Assembly: GCA_020353515.1 (NCBI GenBank)
Contig: CP070695.1
Span: 3,001,231-3,065,230 of the forward strand
Length of the DNA: 64,000 nt
Direction of reading: 5' to 3'
Source: Candidatus Heimdallarchaeota archaeon
Lineage (GTDB): Archaea; Asgardarchaeota; Heimdallarchaeia; Hodarchaeales; Hodarchaeaceae
Below the pieces are notes generated by a model that searched no databases, was not told the origin of the DNA, and worked only from the letters and a program-made list of their open reading frames with translations. The translations under genes and the position numbers were made by a program. Of this stretch, positions 58,374-64,000 are shown one piece after another (the stretch's first letter is position 1; each line of letters opens with the position of its first letter).

Positions 58374-59264
58374 TTAGCCAAGAAAGGAGGCAATTGTATT
58401 GTTAACAAACCCAGGGGCTTCAATGTGAACCCAGTGACCGTATTCAGGGTGATATACTAGTTTGAATGCCCCCTCAATGTACTCGTTAAGCCCGAAAGTT
58501 AATGATTTATCTAAAGCTACATCTTTCTCCCCCCAAATCACAAGCGTAGGGCATTTAATTTTGGGAAATCTCTTGATAAAGCTAGCTTGATGGTCTTTCT
58601 TAATTGAGAGAATTTGAGTAATGTTCCAATTCGCACGGTAGTAATTGATACTAGATTCCAATGCTCCTGGTTGTGACCATGCTTCCACATACAGTTGCAT
58701 ATCCTCCTCTGTAAACGCCTGTTTGTTAGAAATAGATCCAAACACCATTCGTTGAAGTGCTTCGTAATTATTTTGACTTAAGATTTCTTCAGGAATGTTA
58801 GGGAACTGAAAAAAGAATACGTACCAACTTTTTTGCAGTTGTTGGAAGCGCATTGACCAAAACGCTTCTAAAAGCGGTACAGGATGAGGACAGTTAATAA
58901 TAACGAGTTTCGATACTTTTTCAGGTTCCATCATCGAAAGATTCCAAGCTACAGCACCACCCCAATCATGACCGACGACTATGGCTTTTGATTCTCCTAA
59001 AGCTGTAATCAGCTGACTGATATCTTCAACTAAGAGAGAAGTTGAATAACTATCAACACCTTCTGGCTTACTGCTCGTATTGTATCCCCGTAAATCTGGA
59101 GCCACAACTCTGAAGGATTCTGATAATGCAGGGATCTGATGTCTCCACGAGTACCAAAAATCAGGAAAACCATGAAGTAAAATTACTAACTCACCTGTTC
59201 CGTTCTCCACATAATGGAGCTTAACATCCCCCACATTGATATGACCATCTTTCCAAGTATTCAT
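58374..59264 (-). CDS. Alpha/beta hydrolase, epoxide-hydrolase-like
   Basis: HGFP, APDLRGY, GHDWGG (Asp nucleophile), NYYRA, GHWV. Confidence 0.92.
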   Translation of the reverse strand: MNTWKDGHINVGDVKLHYVENGTGELVILLHGFPDFWYSWRHQIPALSESFRVVAPDLRGYNTSSKPEGVDSYSTSLLVEDISQLITALGESKAIVVGHDWGGAVAWNLSMMEPEKVSKLVIINCPHPVPLLEAFWSMRFQQLQKSWYVFFFQFPNIPEEILSQNNYEALQRMVFGSISNKQAFTEEDMQLYVEAWSQPGALESSINYYRANWNITQILSIKKDHQASFIKRFPKIKCPTLVIWGEKDVALDKSLTFGLNEYIEGAFKLVYHPEYGHWVHIEAPGFVNNTIASFLG

Positions 59265-59485
59265 AACTGTCTAATCCTCCAAAACTTTGATAAAATCAAA
59301 ATAGATGAAATTCTGACTTAGAAGAAACAAATTTCCTTAAATATCTTCTTACAATATATTCTTTATAGAAGAAACTAAGACTTTCATAAACTTTTGTTAA
59401 ATACCCCATCACTAGTACTCGAAACAACAATTGTACTTGAAACAGCACAGGTACTAAAAAAAAGGAGTAGAACAACTCGAAATAC

Positions 59486-60304
59486 CTATACAGAATTCTT
59501 AGTGGCTTTTAACGAGAATGTTAATGGGACTTGCTGAAACCTCTCTGGTAGGTGCCACCATCCGTCCCCTTTTTGTTCAAGAAAGGGTAACATCTTCCAA
59601 GCAACAAAGGGGTACTCATGAACAAAGTCTATTCGTAAACCTGCTTCTATGAGGCTATTGACAATTGAACCCATATCATGAGCCCATCCATATTCTTTCG
59701 TATTGGTTAATTTTGTTCTTTCGTCTGCATAAGAACCCTCTTCATCAAATTCAAGTGGTTTTTCCTGATGAAAATAAGGGTAACGAACAATAAGGTCGTT
59801 TTCACATTCATCGTCAAAGATATTTCCCGTTGGATGAGAATCTAATATGTAAAAGAAACCACCCAGCTTTAAAAAGTGAGAAATAAACTGTGCCCATTTT
59901 TTCAGATCAGGTAACCAATATATGGCTCCATTGCTTGTGAATACAATATCAAAACAATTCTGCTTCAAGCTAGTTCGATCTAAATCATAGATATCAGATT
60001 GAATGAACGTGGCTTCAATGCCAATTTCTGCGCTCAATTGCCTAGCTAATTCGATGGCACGACTGGAAAAATCAACCCCTGTGACGTGAGCTCCCAACCG
60101 AGCCCAAGATAAGGTGTCTTTTCCAAAATGGCACTGTAAATGTAATAATTTTTTCCCTTTGACATCACCAACCTCATTAATTTCAAGATCACTAATAGAA
60201 ATGCCTCCTTCCTTGAACTTTTCAACATTGTAGAATTCACTCTTGAAGTGAATAGTTGCAAGTTCCTCCCAGCGTTTTTTATTGATTTTAATATACTCTT
60301 TCAT
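59486..60304 (-). CDS. Class I SAM-dependent methyltransferase
   Basis: LLHLQCHFGKDTLSWARLGA, GVDFS, FDIVFTS, WLPDL; start moved to ATG 60304. Confidence 0.9.
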   Translation of the reverse strand: MKEYIKINKKRWEELATIHFKSEFYNVEKFKEGGISISDLEINEVGDVKGKKLLHLQCHFGKDTLSWARLGAHVTGVDFSSRAIELARQLSAEIGIEATFIQSDIYDLDRTSLKQNCFDIVFTSNGAIYWLPDLKKWAQFISHFLKLGGFFYILDSHPTGNIFDDECENDLIVRYPYFHQEKPLEFDEEGSYADERTKLTNTKEYGWAHDMGSIVNSLIEAGLRIDFVHEYPFVAWKMLPFLEQKGDGWWHLPERFQQVPLTFSLKATKNSV

Positions 60305-60344
60305 GTGGATTCCACATCGATACCGTGCAAAAGGAATTAAGAAA

Positions 60345-61520
60345 TTATACTTCACAATTAAAAGTAGTAATAAATTGTGTTCCCTTGGAATAATCATCTT
60401 GAACACGACTTTCAATAGAAATTCGACCGTTATATCTTTCTACAAGAGTTTTTACAATAAATAATCCCAGACCAGATCCCTTTCCTTCTTTCTTAAATTC
60501 AGAAAAACGAGTAAAAATTTCTTCTCGGATATTAAGCGGAATTCCCTTTGCATTATCTGTAATAGTAATAGAACAGACTCCATCATCTTGAGAAGAGGTT
60601 ATATCAATTTGTTTGATTACATTTTGATTATGTTTTACAGCATTTGTAAAGAGATTGATAAATAAATATTCAATCAATGAATCAGCAAGAATGAATAAGT
60701 TATTTGGTATGTTTTCTATCGATACAACTATCTCTTGGTTTGGGTAAAGATTTATTATAAACTTTTTTGCCCTAACAAGAACAGGTTTAAGTTCTATGGG
60801 TTGTAATACAAAATCTTTGGTTATTTGAGTTTTCATCAATACAGAAACATTTTCTAATAATTTAGTTGCTTGTTGTATACCCTTCTTTGCCTTAGATAAG
60901 AAATTTATGACATCTTCTTGCTGGTCAAGATTTTCAGTGAGTATTATATCAATATAACCTTGAAATTGTGTAAAATAATTCCTAAGATCATGAGTCATTA
61001 AATCAATCAAAAACTCATTCTCATTAATTTTTTCATTCAGAATTGACTCCTTCGCCTTATATTCTGTAAGATCGAATACTAGTACCCAAGCTTCGGCCCA
61101 TGTTGAAACAAACTTTTCAGGAATATATGTTAAATATCTCAAATAGATTAATTTGCCTTTCTTAGTTACTGTATAACCTTCTACATAACTTTGTGATTTT
61201 CCCTCTGATAAGTCAATTATGGCTTCCTTAAACGGTGGAACTTGGAATGGAAGACTCATATACTTTGAAATGGATCCTAGTAATTCTCTTTTTGATTCTC
61301 CCTCAATTAATTCCATCATTGATCTATTAACATCAACTATCTTTACTAATTGTGCACATTTCATTATCTCTGAAGGATTTTCGTCAAAATATTGTCTGAT
61401 ATCATCTGTTTTTTCCTTCAATGAGTCCAAGTATTTCTTTAGATCAGATAAATCTTCTTTCCAGATTGAAAGAGGAGATCCTTCAAATAATCCCCGGAAA
61501 ATTGTATCTAACTCGGTCAA
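60345..61520 (-). CDS. Soluble PAS-domain sensor histidine kinase
   Basis: H-box THDLRN, N-box NLFTNAVKHN, DNAKGIP, GSGLGL; PAS-like IVDVN segment. Confidence 0.9.
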   Translation of the reverse strand: MTELDTIFRGLFEGSPLSIWKEDLSDLKKYLDSLKEKTDDIRQYFDENPSEIMKCAQLVKIVDVNRSMMELIEGESKRELLGSISKYMSLPFQVPPFKEAIIDLSEGKSQSYVEGYTVTKKGKLIYLRYLTYIPEKFVSTWAEAWVLVFDLTEYKAKESILNEKINENEFLIDLMTHDLRNYFTQFQGYIDIILTENLDQQEDVINFLSKAKKGIQQATKLLENVSVLMKTQITKDFVLQPIELKPVLVRAKKFIINLYPNQEIVVSIENIPNNLFILADSLIEYLFINLFTNAVKHNQNVIKQIDITSSQDDGVCSITITDNAKGIPLNIREEIFTRFSEFKKEGKGSGLGLFIVKTLVERYNGRISIESRVQDDYSKGTQFITTFNCEV

Positions 61521-61547
61521 TAGTTCACTCTTCCTTCAATAAGTAAA

Positions 61548-61608
61548 TATGTGATATCACATACAATTTGATATCAAAGTGGTAATATATCAATAGTTTG
61601 ATATTAAA
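61548..61608. promoter_or_regulatory. Three TGATATCA-core palindromes in a divergent promoter
   Basis: TATGTGATATCACATA (61548-61563, perfect 16 bp), TTTGATATCAAA (61567-61578), TTTGATATTAAA (61597-61608). Confidence 0.65.
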
Positions 61609-61648
61609 ATATGTGTGAATTTACTATTTATTCTTAATCACTTGCTAG

Positions 61649-62365
61649 GTGAATAATTTTATGAAAGTAATCGCAATTAATAGTAGCCCCCGTAAAAATA
61701 AAGGATTGACTGCTAATATCTTGAGACCGTTTCTTGAAGGGATTCGGGAAAGTAAAGCAGACTTAGATCTATTTTATACGAAAGATCTTACGATTAATTT
61801 CTGTCGTTCGTGTTATCAGTGTTGGACTACAACACCAGGTAAATGTAGCCAGAAGGATGATATGGCGATTTTACTTCCCAAGTTTCGGGAAGCAGACATA
61901 TGGATATTCGCTTCGCCAATCTATTGTGATGGAATAAATGGATCAATGAAAACAGTAATTGATCGCTTGATTGCTTTGATGAAACCTGTTACTGAGTTAC
62001 GCGCAGGTCGTTGTCGGCATCCACTAAGAGAAGATGTGAAACGTGGAAAAATAGTTTTTGTATCTAGTGCTGCGTGGTGGAAGATGGAGAATTTTGACCC
62101 AATGATTACTTATTTCAAAGCGTTTTGTAATAACTTTGATCGGGAGTTTGTTGGCGCGCTACTAAGACCACATTCAGTCGCATTAGTACCACTGCGTAAA
62201 GAGAAGGTCATTGATGATATAAACGCTGCTGCACAAAAAGCAGGCAATCAAATTATTAAGCAAGGAAAAATATCTCAGCAATACTTATCAACGATAAGCC
62301 AAGAATTAATGCCACAAGAGGTCTATATTGATGTACTCAACAAAGGTTGGGAAACAAAATCATAG
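61649..62365 (+). CDS. Flavodoxin-fold iron-sulfur flavoprotein / FMN reductase family
   Basis: NSSPRK, CRSCYQCW..C..KDD, ASPIY, MKTVIDR. Confidence 0.88.
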   Translation: MNNFMKVIAINSSPRKNKGLTANILRPFLEGIRESKADLDLFYTKDLTINFCRSCYQCWTTTPGKCSQKDDMAILLPKFREADIWIFASPIYCDGINGSMKTVIDRLIALMKPVTELRAGRCRHPLREDVKRGKIVFVSSAAWWKMENFDPMITYFKAFCNNFDREFVGALLRPHSVALVPLRKEKVIDDINAAAQKAGNQIIKQGKISQQYLSTISQELMPQEVYIDVLNKGWETKS

Positions 62366-62547
62366 ATTACTAAATCATTTTTCTTTCAACTTCGTCTAGA
62401 CTCGACATTGAAAAGATTATTTGTCTCTTGAGGAACGTAAGCGACAATAGATTTTTATTGACAGAACAGAATTAACCAGTTGGACAAAAGAGAGGACGTT
62501 CTAAGTATCTTTTTTCATGTAATATCAAGAATTTGATCGGTGATGAT

Positions 62548-62876
62548 ATGGGAGAATATAAAGAAAAGATCAAAAAACATTTTTGTATGTTGGTTTGTTC
62601 CACAATCAGTGATATTGATGATGTAAAAACTTTTAGAGAAAAATACGAACCTATATTCCAAAAAATGACTCAATTATCGCTGTACGTTCGTGGGATTACC
62701 ACACTAATGAAGAACCCCTTTTTGTAGTTAAGACGACGAATGGAGTAAACCTAGCAAATTCGATACCAAATAGTACCTTGTCATATTGGGTTGGTTCACT
62801 TAAGAATGAATCGATAATGATTGAAATTAATGAAACCGCTTTAGATGAATTAAAGTGTAAATACGAAAAATCTTGA
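62548..62876 (+). pseudogene. Possible frameshifted small hypothetical gene
   Basis: The ORF from ATG 62548 stops at 62727, but the -1 frame is open from about 62639 to TGA 62874-62876 with no start of its own near its beginning. Confidence 0.35.
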
Positions 62877-62884
62877 AGACTTAT

Positions 62885-64000
62885 TTATTGATCAGCTTTA
62901 TTAACTCCAAAGGGTATAATATCATCGAGATAAGATAGTATCATTCCTAGCTCTGGTTCTTTGAGCTCAGAATTAATGAGATCAAGAACACTCTGAACAG
63001 TGACTATATCCTTCAGATATGAAAGCCTTAGATCTTCCATATCCGCATCAAGAACCAGAATTTTGTTTTTCTTTTCAGAAGTATCCCAGGGAGGCCAATG
63101 AGGGTGACTTTCTCCGTTTGGATTTCCTGTACAAGCAAAGTTGGCAAGGTAGCTCATACATAAATCAGTCAGTTTCTCACGGCCAGGACGATTATGCTTT
63201 GTGTGGGTTTTTCCTATCATCATAGATAAAGCACCCATACCCATCCCTAAGAAAAAAGGAAGCTCCGCAGCGTGGTGAGCACCCAAGTCTCGACCCATGT
63301 TTTTGGGAAGAACACTCACACCATCATTATCTGGGCTTCCCCAATCAAAACGGTACGCATAAATGGGGATATTAGTGTTTGATGTCATTTGACACACTAA
63401 GGAATCAAGACCACTCACTCGCCATAATAGGGAACGATAACCCCAAATCAAGTCATATTTCCTTGTATTCCGTGGGGGATCTTTTCTAAAATTACCAAAG
63501 AGCTTCAATTCGTCTTTAGTACAACCAATAATAAGCGGTACCTTATTCGCCCACTCTCCAGTTGAAAACACAGCATAACCTTCTTTTGGTATTATAGTAC
63601 CATCGGTGAAAATAGTCCGCCAGTCTGCCATTCCAAAATCCCTAGTGGGAATACATTTCGTGATCTTAAATGCAGATTTCGAACGAAAGTAATTATTGAC
63701 CTCTCTTTCAGACATTTTGCCGATAATTTGCTCAGCTTCTTCTCGGTTCTTAGCTTTACGATCTTTGATGAGGAGGTTTACAAGAAGATTGTCACTTTGA
63801 GCTTCTGCAGCGTTATTACTCCAAATATAAGATAATCCACTCTCAACAATAGCACGATGGAAGAGGCCTTTTGCAGGAGTGGAAATAAGGAGGGAAAGAA
63901 CATTAAAGGCACCGCCAGATTCACCCGCGATTGTAACATTATCAGGATCTCCTCCAAAAGCTCTTATGTTGTCTTGTACCCATTCTAAGGCTTTTATGAT
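62885..64000 (-). CDS. Type-B carboxylesterase (5' end beyond the window)
   Basis: Frame stays open to the window edge: ALEWVQDNIRAFGGDPDNVTIAGESGG, GLFHRAI, GCTKDE, YRFDW, GAHHAAEL, NFACTGNPN. Confidence 0.92.
   Translation of the reverse strand: MIKALEWVQDNIRAFGGDPDNVTIAGESGGAFNVLSLLISTPAKGLFHRAIVESGLSYIWSNNAAEAQSDNLLVNLLIKDRKAKNREEAEQIIGKMSEREVNNYFRSKSAFKITKCIPTRDFGMADWRTIFTDGTIIPKEGYAVFSTGEWANKVPLIIGCTKDELKLFGNFRKDPPRNTRKYDLIWGYRSLLWRVSGLDSLVCQMTSNTNIPIYAYRFDWGSPDNDGVSVLPKNMGRDLGAHHAAELPFFLGMGMGALSMMIGKTHTKHNRPGREKLTDLCMSYLANFACTGNPNGESHPHWPPWDTSEKKNKILVLDADMEDLRLSYLKDIVTVQSVLDLINSELKEPELGMILSYLDDIIPFGVNKADQ

Noticed and set aside
226-63225. Many 60-125 aa ORFs antisense to or nested in larger genes (e.g. 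226-588, 15546-15893, 49931-50308, 56123-56461, 61219-61542)
   Set aside because: They lie within confidently assigned genes and carry no recognisable motifs; treated as shadow ORFs.
1-64000. CRISPR array, tRNA, rRNA, transposase or integrase
   Set aside because: I saw no regularly spaced repeat-spacer array, cloverleaf, or DDE/tyrosine/serine recombinase motifs by eye; small RNAs could be missed.

Overview
AT-rich, densely coding prokaryotic window with about 50 intact CDS and several gene remnants. I recognised no rRNA, tRNA, CRISPR array or transposase. The gene content points to an archaeon, most plausibly Asgard (Heimdallarchaeia-like); this is inference from a DUF63 protein, a DRG-like GTPase, F420-dependent enzymes, TIGR04076 proteins, expanded winged-helix regulators and surface proteins with PGF-CTERM-like tails. 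Most genes are accessory catabolic, transport, detoxification or surface functions. The most unusual locus is 47141-52366. It has a translationally coupled pair: (i) an ATC-hydrolase/V4R-like sensor + winged-helix + HEAT-repeat protein and (ii) a ~917-aa protein fusing a GlnD/DUF294-type nucleotidyltransferase, a calcineurin-like (LpxH-type) metallophosphoesterase and a CBS pair. A small winged-helix gene is divergently transcribed from the pair, and its sequence recurs inside protein (i). This looks like a ligand-gated nucleotidylation writer/eraser system. Other notable features are two intact gene-cargo-degenerate copy of the same gene's 3' end arrangements, a pseudo-histidine kinase upstream of ilvA, a membrane-tethered winged-helix regulator, and several palindromic operator candidates. 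All family assignments come from motif recognition by eye, not from database searches.
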